Positions 28,437 through 37,707 of a stretch of DNA of 64,000 nucleotides are shown piece after piece. The stretch covers positions 18,372 through 82,371 of the forward strand of contig DATAUL010000324.1 in assembly GCA_036268255.1 (NCBI GenBank), read 5' to 3'. The notes under the pieces are model-generated. The model was given only the letters and a program-made list of their open reading frames with translations, made no database searches and was not told where the DNA came from. The stretch's first letter is position 1. Each line of letters starts with the position of its first letter. The stretch is from Solirubrobacteraceae bacterium. GTDB taxonomy: Bacteria > Actinomycetota > Thermoleophilia > Solirubrobacterales > Solirubrobacteraceae. Made by a program: the position numbers and the translations under genes.

Positions 28437-29815
28437 GGACGGTCCTCCCAGTACATCGAGCGCTCCCAATCGGTCACTGTGGCGCAGAAGCGCGCCCACT
28501 CGTCGGAGTGGAAGTCGACGAGGAGCCCAGACAGCTCATCCCCGAGGGCGGCCGTCAGCAGCGTGTCCGCCTGGAAGGTGTCGATCGCCTCCCCGAGCGT
28601 TCGTGGCAGGCGCCCGAACCTGCCGTCGTCATCAGCGGCGGTCGAGATCCCCGTCGTCGCAGGACCTGGATCGATCTCGTTGCGCAGCCCGTCCTCGCAC
28701 GCGGCGAGCAGCACGATGTGGGAGAGGTACGGGTTGACCGTGGCGTCTGGGAGCTTGTACTCAAGCCGCCCGTTCGCTGAGAGACGTACGGTGCATGTCC
28801 GGTTGTCCATGCCCCAGTTGATGCGCGACGGAGCGAACTGGCCGACATCCCAGAAGCGCTTGTAGGAGTTGACCGTCGGGCCGTTGATGAGCATCGCCCC
28901 TGCTGAGTGAGCGAGCAGGCCGCCGAGCGCGTGCTTCCCCGTCCCGGTGAGATGGAGCTCCGCGACGTCGGGGTCTTCGAGGATGTTCACACCCTCCCGC
29001 CAGAAACTGATGTTGTGGTGACACGCGTTGGCCATCATCCCGATCGCCGGTTTGGGCATGAAGCTGGCCTCGATCCCCAGTTCCCGGGCGACCTGCTTGC
29101 AGATCTGTCGATATGTGATCAGCCGGTCCGCGGTCAGATCCGCACGGTCGAACATGAAGTTGCACTCGATCTGGAACTCGTCCTCGTAGTCCGCCTCGAT
29201 CATGTCGAGCCCGAGCGCGCGGCCGTAGTCGATGACGCGAGTCACGACCTCCCGGTTACGCTCGAGGTGCTCGATGTGGTACGCCGGACTCGAGTCAGGG
29301 CGGCAGCTGGCCTCCAACCCGTCGCCGCGCCAGGTCATCTCCGGCTCGCAACCGGTGCGCAGCTCAAGACCGGTGCGCTCGGTGAACTCCCGATGGACCT
29401 GCCGAAGCAGTCCTCGGGTGTCGCAGGGGAACCGAGCCCCCGCGTCCTGCGCCATATGGGAGGGCTCATAGAGCCTGCAGAAGACGCGCGCGAAGTCGGT
29501 GTCCCACGGCAGGACTGCAAACGTGTCCAGGTCTGGCATCGCGGTGTACTCCGCGGTCTCGATCCCGCCAAGCAGAACGCCATCGCGGGTCGCCTGCAGA
29601 TCGGCCATCGCGGAGCGGTGTTGTTGCACCCCTTTGATCGCCGCTCTGTCGAAGTGCTCGGCCGGCATCACCTTTCCGACCACTCGCCCGGTGATCGTCA
29701 CCGCCTGTACATAGACGTACTTCACGGCATGGGTCTTTATCTCCTCGAGCGCAGCGGGGAGGAGCCCATTGGAGGCGTTTTCCTCCCGGTGCGCGTCGAG
29801 CGGGGCGTGCTCCAT
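28433..29815 (-). CDS. Glutamine synthetase-family gamma-glutamyl-amine ligase (PuuA/GlnA3-like)
   Basis: GCEPE, FMPKP, CHHNISFW, TVNSYKR, WGMDNRT and NPYL. Confidence 0.85.
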   Translation of the reverse strand: MEHAPLDAHREENASNGLLPAALEEIKTHAVKYVYVQAVTITGRVVGKVMPAEHFDRAAIKGVQQHRSAMADLQATRDGVLLGGIETAEYTAMPDLDTFAVLPWDTDFARVFCRLYEPSHMAQDAGARFPCDTRGLLRQVHREFTERTGLELRTGCEPEMTWRGDGLEASCRPDSSPAYHIEHLERNREVVTRVIDYGRALGLDMIEADYEDEFQIECNFMFDRADLTADRLITYRQICKQVARELGIEASFMPKPAIGMMANACHHNISFWREGVNILEDPDVAELHLTGTGKHALGGLLAHSAGAMLINGPTVNSYKRFWDVGQFAPSRINWGMDNRTCTVRLSANGRLEYKLPDATVNPYLSHIVLLAACEDGLRNEIDPGPATTGISTAADDDGRFGRLPRTLGEAIDTFQADTLLTAALGDELSGLLVDFHSDEWARFCATVTDWERSMYWEDRP

Positions 29816-30003
29816 CAGTCCTCCACCGTGATCGCCTGCACCGGGCAGACGTCGGCGGCCTCCTCGACGTTCTCCCGCATGGCGGAGTCGGGCTCAGCGT
29901 TGTATTCGAGCTCCCCGGCGTCGTTGATGGCGAACACCTCCGGCGCCGCAATCGCACATTGGCCGTGGCTCTCGCATACGTCCATGTCGACGATGACTTT
30001 CAC
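29815..30003 (-). CDS. [3Fe-4S] ferredoxin (P450 partner)
   Basis: CESHGQC...CPVQAI; AGGAGGAG RBS. Confidence 0.95.
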   Translation of the reverse strand: MKVIVDMDVCESHGQCAIAAPEVFAINDAGELEYNAEPDSAMRENVEEAADVCPVQAITVED

Positions 30004-30034
30004 TGCACTCTCCTCCTGATGGGATGGGACCGGA

Positions 30035-31231
30035 TCAGTGCCCCGGCGCGAATCCGACGGGCAGCGTGATCGCCCCCGTGTTCCCGGAGTCAGGCAGCCA
30101 TGAGCTGTCCGGGAGCACGCGGATCTCAGGCAGACGCCGCGCAAGCAGCGGCAGCGCCTCGCTCATATCCGATCGCGCGACGAAGTGACCGAGACAGTGG
30201 TGCGCTCCGCCCCCGAAGCCAAAGTGCGGCTTGCGATCGGCGGTGATGTCAAAGCCGGCGGTGAATGCCCTGGGGTCCGTGCCCGCCGACTCGCTGTAGA
30301 GGTGCAGGGTTGTCCCGGCCGTCAAGGTGAGACCCTGGAACTCGAAGTCCTCCAGGACCTCGCGCGTCACCCAGCGGACCGTCGGATTGACGCGCATGAC
30401 CTCCTCCACCGCCGCCTTGCCCAGGTCCGGGCGCCCGGCGAGCAAGGCCCATTGATCGGGATGTTCGCTGAAGGTCTGGATCGCAAGGCCCAGCTGATTG
30501 CGGGTCGTGTCGAACCCGCCGAAGATGAGGAGCACAAGTCCGTCCCGCAGCTCCGCCGCGCTCAGTCGCCCGTCCCCGTCACACGACGCGTTGACCAGCG
30601 CAGTCACGAAGTCCTCACGTGGCGTGGCGCGCCGATCGGCGATCAGCGCGTCGGCGTACTGATACAGCCGCTCCAGAGCTGCCTCGATTCGGGGCAGGTC
30701 GTCGCGGAGCGTCACCCCCATCGCGAGACCGATCGTGGCGGACACCTCCGCGATGATCGGCCACTCCTCCTCGGGCAGACCGAGCATGATCGCGATCACC
30801 CTCGCCGCGTAGGGCTCAGCGAACTCGCCCACGAACTCGCATCGATCGGGCGCAGCGAACCCGTCGATGAGCTCGTCCCCCAGGGCCTGGAAGCGCGGTA
30901 CGAGCCCGCCGATCAGCTTCGGGGAAAACGCCGGATTCATCAGCCGCCTCAACCGATGATGCTCCTCGCCCTCCTGGTTGAGAATCCAACTCGCCCACCA
31001 GTCGGCAAACGGGCCCTCGTCGACGCCGTTGTGGGCCGGCCAGGCCACGCTGCCCTGACGAAGCTTGGGGTGCTTGAGCAGGCGGCCCATCTCGTCGTAG
31101 CGCAGGATCGCGATGCCGTAGGGGGTCGTCGCGTACCAGGAGCTCTCCCGGGCGGCACGCACCTCCGGCGAGGTGATTGAGAAAGCTGGGCTGGACACGT
31201 CCAACGCGTGGGCCCGACTGACGGCCTGCAT
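30035..31231 (-). CDS. pipA: Cytochrome P450, CYP151A (PipA/MorA-like cyclic amine monooxygenase)
   Basis: PAFSITS..SWYATTPYG..HPKLRQGS.AWPAHNGV, IFGGFDTTRNQLGL, HCLGHFVARSDM and DSGNTG match my recollection of M. smegmatis PipA; same P450-ferredoxin-GS synteny. Confidence 0.85.
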   Translation of the reverse strand: MQAVSRAHALDVSSPAFSITSPEVRAARESSWYATTPYGIAILRYDEMGRLLKHPKLRQGSVAWPAHNGVDEGPFADWWASWILNQEGEEHHRLRRLMNPAFSPKLIGGLVPRFQALGDELIDGFAAPDRCEFVGEFAEPYAARVIAIMLGLPEEEWPIIAEVSATIGLAMGVTLRDDLPRIEAALERLYQYADALIADRRATPREDFVTALVNASCDGDGRLSAAELRDGLVLLIFGGFDTTRNQLGLAIQTFSEHPDQWALLAGRPDLGKAAVEEVMRVNPTVRWVTREVLEDFEFQGLTLTAGTTLHLYSESAGTDPRAFTAGFDITADRKPHFGFGGGAHHCLGHFVARSDMSEALPLLARRLPEIRVLPDSSWLPDSGNTGAITLPVGFAPGH

Positions 31232-31267
31232 ACGACAACCTCCCAAGCGGTCGTGATGACGTCCTCA

Positions 31268-31297
31268 AATACTCTAGTAGTAGAGTTATTTTGTCAA
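31268..31297 (-). promoter_or_regulatory. pipA promoter/operator: TTGACA plus ACTCTA-N4-TAGAGT palindrome
   Basis: AT-rich island with a perfect -35; the inverted repeat covers the spacer and the TAGAGT -10 (15-nt spacer, short). Confidence 0.65.
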
Positions 31298-32016
31298 GTG
31301 GGCTCGGTCGTGACCAGCGCCCATCCGATCCCGACGTCGGGCTCGGCCACGTCGACCACGATCCGGTCCTCAAGCCGATCCCCGGCTTCAGGCCGCGATC
31401 GAAGCCGAACGCCGGGCACCCAGCGAGGGCTGTTTGCGGCGACGATGCGACCTTCGGCGTTGATGATCAACGCCTCGTCCGGTATGCCACGCAGGACCTC
31501 CAGGAGGCGCCGCTCGAGCTCCCGGGACAGCAGGTCCGCTCCGGCAATGCCGACGGTGTGACCATCGACGATGACCGGGACACTCGCGGTCACGATGTAC
31601 TGCTCCGAGCCGGAGTAATCGATGTACGGGCCGAAGGTCACACGTGGGCGGCCCGGGCCGGCGAGGCGAAACCAGTCCATCTCGACATAGTCGTAGACGT
31701 CAATGCTGGCCCGATCGAAATTGAGACGCAGCCGTGCGAGACGGTCCCCCTGCTGCTGCCACCACAGCATGTATCGGTCCTTGCCATCGATCGCTGCCGG
31801 CGCTGCGACGAAACCCATCCCGACGGTGAGGCTGTCCTCGACGATCAGCTCCAGGAGCAACTGACGGACGTCGCCGAGATCGGCCTCCGACCAGCCCACG
31901 CCGTCACTCGGACGACTGGCGGCGGCGAGCTCCGAGATCTCCTCCAGACGCGCGAACACAGGCTCAAGGATCGCCGACACCGACCGGGCGAGCGCGACGG
32001 CGCGAGGGCGACTCAT
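31294..32016 (-). CDS. Soluble Cache-domain sensor protein
   Basis: YDYVEMDWF..GPYIDYSG..YIVTASVP..GIAGAD; no TM or signal peptide; TGATG-coupled to the GntR. Confidence 0.8.
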   Translation of the reverse strand: MSRPRAVALARSVSAILEPVFARLEEISELAAASRPSDGVGWSEADLGDVRQLLLELIVEDSLTVGMGFVAAPAAIDGKDRYMLWWQQQGDRLARLRLNFDRASIDVYDYVEMDWFRLAGPGRPRVTFGPYIDYSGSEQYIVTASVPVIVDGHTVGIAGADLLSRELERRLLEVLRGIPDEALIINAEGRIVAANSPRWVPGVRLRSRPEAGDRLEDRIVVDVAEPDVGIGWALVTTEPT

Positions 32017-32804
32017 CACGCTTCCATGGAGCCGTCGGGGTCGGCAAGGCTCAGCCGCAACTGGCTGAGGCGACGCAGGTTGGCCGTCACGTGCTCCTCG
32101 GCCAAACGTCGCGCCTCTGGCGCGTCTTCGGCGAGAACCGCTGCCGCGATCGCATGGTGCGCGTCCGTCGCAACCGCGACCTCGGACTCGCCGGCCGACG
32201 GCAACCACAGCAGCTCCGACAGTTCGGCCTGAAGCTCCACCTCGCGGCGCGTGAGTCGAATCGATTGCGACGCGACGGCGATCTCGACGTGGAAACGGCA
32301 ATCTGCGCGCACGCGGTCGACCTGGGTCGCTGCGGCGCCGAGCTGTTCCGTGAGGGCGAACAGACGTCGTACGTTTGCCGGGGAACCGCGCTCCGCCGCG
32401 AGTCGGGCCGCCTGCCCCGCGATTGCCTGGTGCTCATCGGTCAGGTCACGCAGCTCAGAGATCGTCATGGCCGACAGCTTGCGACGGACCTGGTCGACCG
32501 TCGCCCCGCGAGGCCGCTGGATGAACGAACCGCCGGTGCGCCCGCGTCGTGTCTCGACCAGCCCCGCGTCACGCAGTGCCGCCAGCGACTCGCGGATGGT
32601 CATCGCCGCGACGCCGAACTGCGCAGCCAGGTCGATCTCACTCGGGAGGCGATCACCCTCGTTGAGCAGTCCGAGATGGATCGCCTCGCTGATCCGCTGC
32701 ACGATCTCATCGGCGCGTCCGCGGACGGACTCCGGCGCGATCAGCGATGTCAGCCGCGTCACGGTGCTGGCCTCCTCCACGGGCGTCAGGTGGCTGGCGT
32801 TCAC
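32016..32804 (-). CDS. GntR/FadR-family regulator (PipR-like position)
   Basis: GDRLPSEIDLAAQFGV..TIRESL; FCD domain with FH and H residues. Confidence 0.9.
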   Translation of the reverse strand: MNASHLTPVEEASTVTRLTSLIAPESVRGRADEIVQRISEAIHLGLLNEGDRLPSEIDLAAQFGVAAMTIRESLAALRDAGLVETRRGRTGGSFIQRPRGATVDQVRRKLSAMTISELRDLTDEHQAIAGQAARLAAERGSPANVRRLFALTEQLGAAATQVDRVRADCRFHVEIAVASQSIRLTRREVELQAELSELLWLPSAGESEVAVATDAHHAIAAAVLAEDAPEARRLAEEHVTANLRRLSQLRLSLADPDGSMEA

Positions 32805-32906
32805 GTCGTCACTTTGCGGGCTCGCTGGACGGTGGCTCCGGCAACCCTAGACCACCATACCTCTAGAACTGTGTTTTTCGCTGAGTTCTGCCCACGAGAT
32901 CAACGC

Positions 32907-33935
32907 TCACGCGGTGAGGTACTGCGCCAGCGGGTGCGGGCGATATCTCAGCCGCGGCAGCTGCTCGACGGTGACGAATCCCGGTGGGGCGTTGATCACG
33001 TCAGGAACGCGGTTGACCATCTGCGAACACGTCGCCAGCTGAGTCGGCACCGCGGGGTTGATGACGTGCACGTCGGGCTCGCCGTCGATGCGCCACTCGT
33101 TGACGTCGGCTTCGTCGACATCGTAGAGCGATCCTCGCATCTCGAATCGAAGGCTCGTCCCTTCCCGAGTCGTGACCTCATCGACGTCGGTGAATCCGAT
33201 CACGTCGCCCGCCGGCACATCAAGGTTGAGGCTGTTGGAACGCATCGATTTGGAAGCGATCACCGGCTTGGTGGTCAACGTGAATTGGGCTGCCGTGAGG
33301 CCAGTGTCAGCGAGTAATGCGTGCAGCACGTTGAGGCCGAAAGTGGGCGGCCGATCGGCGTCCCTGAGCCACTGGTCGAACTCCTGCTCGGTGTTGCCCA
33401 CACGCTGGTCACGGGAGAGCTCAGGCCCGAACTCATCAACGTTCCAGGTCGCGCGCCCGGCGACCGAGTCGATTCTGTGGGCAGTCCCCATGAGCAAACC
33501 CACGAGGTTGACCCAGAACGTGTCCTGAAAGCCAGAGCCGGTGAGGGTCACGCCATTCTGCTTGGCCAGGTGGTCGAGCTCGGCGGTCATGGCGGGCGAG
33601 GTTCGCCACGGGTACAGGGATTCCTCGGAGAGGGTGATTGCGTTGACGCCGTGCATCGCGCACCGTCGCAGGTGCTCGTACTGGTCGGTCATGTAGCTCG
33701 ATACCGCGATGAGCGCGATATCGGCGCTGCGTTCGCCGAGCACTCGATCCGGATCGTCCTCGACGAGGACTCCCGTCGTGATCCCGAGCCCCGCGACCTC
33801 ACCGAGGTCGCGGCCGACTTTCTCGGAGCTCCGCGCGACCGCTCCGACGATGTCGACCCCCTTTTCCAACAGCATGCGGGTCGTGATCGCGTTCATCGCG
33901 CCAACCCCGTACATCACCGCTCTGATCCTGCGCAT
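32907..33935 (-). CDS. NAD(P)-dependent native amine dehydrogenase (2,4-diaminopentanoate dehydrogenase family, MsmeAmDH-like)
   Basis: YGVGAMN Rossmann motif, TLSEE.LYPW, QDTFWVN, WNVDEFGPEL and RPPTFG as recalled for M. smegmatis AmDH; GGAG RBS before ATG33935. Confidence 0.8.
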   Translation of the reverse strand: MRRIRAVMYGVGAMNAITTRMLLEKGVDIVGAVARSSEKVGRDLGEVAGLGITTGVLVEDDPDRVLGERSADIALIAVSSYMTDQYEHLRRCAMHGVNAITLSEESLYPWRTSPAMTAELDHLAKQNGVTLTGSGFQDTFWVNLVGLLMGTAHRIDSVAGRATWNVDEFGPELSRDQRVGNTEQEFDQWLRDADRPPTFGLNVLHALLADTGLTAAQFTLTTKPVIASKSMRSNSLNLDVPAGDVIGFTDVDEVTTREGTSLRFEMRGSLYDVDEADVNEWRIDGEPDVHVINPAVPTQLATCSQMVNRVPDVINAPPGFVTVEQLPRLRYRPHPLAQYLTA

Positions 33936-34365
33936 CCTGTCGCTCCTATTCGTCGGCGCGAAGACGCCTGTCGCTCGCGCCGAGGGTATGGGTTGGTCCG
34001 GGCGGGTCCTCGAGTTCAGCGGGCGCGGGTCTCGAAGCTCCGGCAGTGATCGATCACTCGGGCGGGGCCGGACGACCCGCCTGGATCCGGTCGATGCCGG
34101 CCTGCAGGAAGCCGAGGATCTCGTCGAGCAACTGCGAGCGTGCGGTCCCCTCAACTGGACACTGCCGGCGTGGCTCGACCGCATCTTGCCCAGGATCTCG
34201 GTCGAAGGCCCGAACTCCGATAGCGAGGTTCGGCCCCCGGAGCGCTGCTCGAGCTCGACCCCATACGAGTCGGGTAGTCGTTCCGCGCTGCTGCATGTCG
34301 CCCTTCTCGACAGCACGCCGAGCGCTCGCACACTGAGTGGCAGGAACAGGCATCCGCTGGCTTGC

Positions 34366-35880
34366 TCACACTCTTTCGATCGCGCGGACGGCAAGGAAGA
34401 AGTCGACCCGGGCGTCGGTCGACTGTAGGCGCCGACCGGTCAATCGCTCGATTCGACCGAGCCGGTGGCGAAGCGTGTTGACGTGCACGTAGAGCGCGTC
34501 GGCCGTCGTCTGCCACTGACAGTCGAGATCCAAGAAGCGGGAGAGAGTGGTCAGCAGCTCGCTGCCGTGACGCTGGTCGTGCTCGATGATCGGATCCAGC
34601 AACGCCGCCGAGAAGGCACGCAGCGTGTCGACGTCCTGCAGGTCGAGCAGCAGCCGGTGGGACCCGACGTCGGCGTAGCTGGCATGGTCGGGTCCGCGCC
34701 GGCGGGCCGCCGCCGCGCGACAGGCGTGGCGAGCCTCGATCAGACTCCGACGCAGCGACCGGCAGTCATCCGCGAGCGACCCGACGCCGATGGTCACCGC
34801 CGACTCGACGTGGTGGCGCAGCGTCCTCACGAAGTCTTCGAGGCTCTCGGCCCCGCCGTCCCATGCGGCGACCGCGATCACCTGCTCGTCTCGCTCGATC
34901 GTCAGCGACGGCAGCCCCCGGTCCCGCAGGACGAACTCGACGTCCTCAACGATCAGCGCGGGCTCCTCGCCCGCGCACACCACAACGGCCAGCTGCTGCC
35001 GGGAGTCGATGCCGATCGTCGCCAGCCGGGCGGCGACGTGCACCGCCTGGTCCTCGCCGGCGAGGATCAGCTCGACGAGCTCTGAGGCCCGTTCGCGGGC
35101 GCCGAGGCTCAGCGACCAGGCGTGCGACCGCGCCATCTCCAGGAACGGCATCGCCTGCTCGATGGCGACGAGCTGTGCCGGCCGCAGCTGAGGGTGGTCC
35201 CGGACGGCGAGGAACCAAGGGGGCATGCCGCCGGCGGCGATCGGCGCCACGCGCCAGGGTTCGACGGTGACCGGTTCGCGGCGGGCACCGCGGGCGAGCG
35301 CCGAGGCGATCACCGCGCGGTCCTGCTCGGACGGGACGTGCGCGCCGCCCGAGACGGCCTGTCCGTGGCCGGTCGAGACCCACGCCGGAACGCCGACCTC
35401 GGCAGCGAGCTGTTCGACGAGCGCAGCGGCATCGCCGCCGGCGCGCGCGACGGCGAGAAACCGAGCGTGGCGTTCGATGCTCATCGCGAGGTCGGCTTCG
35501 CGCTCGGTCGCGAGGCGCTCGAAGAACACCTCGGTGAGGTCGACGTACGGGACCTCCTCGGGGATCGAGAACAGGCACAGTCCGTGCCGGGCGCACGCCT
35601 CCAGTAGCGGCGGCGGGAGCTCCGGGTTGGCGGGCATCAGGCCGAAGCCGACGGCGGCAATGCCGGCGGCGTGCAGACGCTCGACGTAGGGATCGGCGGA
35701 TTGGGCGTCGCTCAGCCACAGGCCCTCAGTGAGAACGACCTCCCCGCCGCGCAGGTAGGGGGTGGGGTCGGTCGTCTCGGTCGCGTGCACCCATCGCACT
35801 TCCCGGTCGGCGTCCCCGACGACGACGACATCGCAGGTGAAGCCGGGGTCGGAGAGGAGCTCGCCGAGCGTGAAGCCCAT
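34366..35880 (-). CDS. PucR-family regulator
   Basis: VRWVHATE..YLRGGEVVLT; C-terminal LYVHVNTLRHRL; leaderless TAGGAT-N6-ATG. Confidence 0.92.
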   Translation of the reverse strand: MGFTLGELLSDPGFTCDVVVVGDADREVRWVHATETTDPTPYLRGGEVVLTEGLWLSDAQSADPYVERLHAAGIAAVGFGLMPANPELPPPLLEACARHGLCLFSIPEEVPYVDLTEVFFERLATEREADLAMSIERHARFLAVARAGGDAAALVEQLAAEVGVPAWVSTGHGQAVSGGAHVPSEQDRAVIASALARGARREPVTVEPWRVAPIAAGGMPPWFLAVRDHPQLRPAQLVAIEQAMPFLEMARSHAWSLSLGARERASELVELILAGEDQAVHVAARLATIGIDSRQQLAVVVCAGEEPALIVEDVEFVLRDRGLPSLTIERDEQVIAVAAWDGGAESLEDFVRTLRHHVESAVTIGVGSLADDCRSLRRSLIEARHACRAAAARRRGPDHASYADVGSHRLLLDLQDVDTLRAFSAALLDPIIEHDQRHGSELLTTLSRFLDLDCQWQTTADALYVHVNTLRHRLGRIERLTGRRLQSTDARVDFFLAVRAIERV

Positions 35881-36105
35881 TGGAGAATCCTACAAGCCGC
35901 CTGGACAAACATTGCGCCAAGCTCCACTTCCGGAGCGCGCCGGCCGTTGCGAGCATGCCGGCACCGTCGCGACCGGGTCTGGTGCGGCGGACCGCGTGGC
36001 AGCCGAAGGAGACGGTGTCGTCGTTGTGATCGCATTGCGTACCCAACCCCTCTTGAGTCGCCACCGGACTGCGACCCGGCCTGCTCTCGCTCCGGAGCGA
36101 GACTG

Positions 36106-37707
36106 GTGACCCCGGAGATCACGCGGACCACCCGGCGCCGGTTCCTGGGCCGCTCACTGGCCCACGGCGCGGCGCTGATCGCCTCGCCGCTGGCGCTGTC
36201 GGCATGTGCCGGCGCGGTGGGCTCATCCGGCGCCTCGGGAGGTCCGGCAGGTCCGCCGCGTCGCGGCGGCCACGCGACGTTCGCTCGCCTGGATGACGCG
36301 ATCTCGATCGACCCGGTCGCCGTCGCCGACAACGAGTCCATCTGGTCGGTGAGCAACCTCTTCGCACGGCTCTACCGATCCTCGGCCACGAGCGACGGCC
36401 GCTCGGTTCCGTGCCTGGCGACCGGGCACTCGTTGTCGGCTGACCGGTTGACCTGGCGCTTCTCGCTCCGGAAGGGGCTGCGATTCTCCGACGGCTCCCC
36501 ACTCACCGCGGACGACGTCAAGTTCTCGATCGACCGCAACACCGCGTCCGCCGCCAACGGATACATGAACGCCGCGATCGCATCGGTCGCGGCGTCGGAC
36601 GCCCACACGGTCGAGATCCGCACCCACTATCCCACCGACCTGCTCGGCGTCGTCTCGTTCTACGGCAATGGAGTGGTTCCCCGCGGCCTCGGGGGACGGA
36701 CCGCCAATGCGTTCTTCGCGCGGCCGGTGACGACGGGCCCGTTCACGATGACGAGCTGGGCCGTCGGGCAGCGGATGGTGCTCGCCCGCAATCCGCACTA
36801 CTGGCAGCCGGGCAAGCCCTACCTGGACGGCGTCACGCTCACGGTCGTCCCCAACGACAACTCGCGGATGCTCCAGCTGCGAGGCCAGCAGGCGGACGTC
36901 GTCGAGCAGGTGCCGTTCTCACAGATCTCCAGCGTCAAGGCCGAGCCGGGCCTGCGAGTGGTGCTCGCCTCCTCGACGCGACTCGACTTCCTCATCCTCA
37001 ACCAGCGCTACGCGCCGCTCGCCGACGTCGATGTCCGCCGCGCCATGTCCGCGGCCATCGACCGCGACTCGATCGTCAAGCTGGGGCTGTTCGGCTACGG
37101 CCGCGCGCTCGGTTCGATGTTCGCCCCGACCTGGCCCGACTATGACGGTTCGCTCACCCCGCCGACGCGGGACGTCGCGGTGGCGAGGCGCCTGATGAAG
37201 CGTTCGAGCCATCCGGACGGCTTCCGCGTCAAGTACTCGATCGACACCGGCGACGCGACCCAGGCGACCGCGGCTCAGATCATCGAGAGCAACCTCTCCG
37301 ACATCGGGATCAAGGTCGCCATCGAGGAGTTCGATCCCAACGCGCTGTTCAACATGATTGCCCAGGAGACATTCCAGATGGCTCAGACGGACCTGAGCCT
37401 CGACGTCATGGACCCGTTCGAGAACGTGCCCTACCTCATCGACCCACACCTCAGCGGTGGTCTGGGCCCGTCAGCCGACCTTGACGATCCCGTGGTCCTG
37501 GCTTGGGATCGGCGCGCCCAGCACAGCACGAGTTCCTCCGCGATCCGTGACGCGTATGCGCACGTGCAAACCCGCCTGCGCCAGATCAGTCCCTTCATCC
37601 CCCTCTACTCGCAGCCGTACGCGTACGGGACAGTCGATCGACTGCACGGCTTCGTCGTTCCGCCGACCGGTGACTACCGCCTGGAGGACGCATGGTTGAC
37701 GACGTGA
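36106..37707 (+). CDS. Peptide ABC transporter substrate-binding lipoprotein (family 5, Tat-type signal)
   Basis: TRRRFL plus LSAC lipobox; FSDGSPLTADDVKFS and TGPF. Confidence 0.9.
   Translation: MTPEITRTTRRRFLGRSLAHGAALIASPLALSACAGAVGSSGASGGPAGPPRRGGHATFARLDDAISIDPVAVADNESIWSVSNLFARLYRSSATSDGRSVPCLATGHSLSADRLTWRFSLRKGLRFSDGSPLTADDVKFSIDRNTASAANGYMNAAIASVAASDAHTVEIRTHYPTDLLGVVSFYGNGVVPRGLGGRTANAFFARPVTTGPFTMTSWAVGQRMVLARNPHYWQPGKPYLDGVTLTVVPNDNSRMLQLRGQQADVVEQVPFSQISSVKAEPGLRVVLASSTRLDFLILNQRYAPLADVDVRRAMSAAIDRDSIVKLGLFGYGRALGSMFAPTWPDYDGSLTPPTRDVAVARRLMKRSSHPDGFRVKYSIDTGDATQATAAQIIESNLSDIGIKVAIEEFDPNALFNMIAQETFQMAQTDLSLDVMDPFENVPYLIDPHLSGGLGPSADLDDPVVLAWDRRAQHSTSSSAIRDAYAHVQTRLRQISPFIPLYSQPYAYGTVDRLHGFVVPPTGDYRLEDAWLTT

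Noticed and set aside
34054-34353. Possible TetR C-terminal remnant (LLDEILGFLQAGIDRI)
   Set aside because: Only a short amphipathic stretch, with no HTH or RBS; cannot be supported without a search.
32907-34394. 495-aa ORF-track version of the amine dehydrogenase
   Set aside because: The first 153 codons look non-coding; the RBS and Rossmann motif place the start at 33935.
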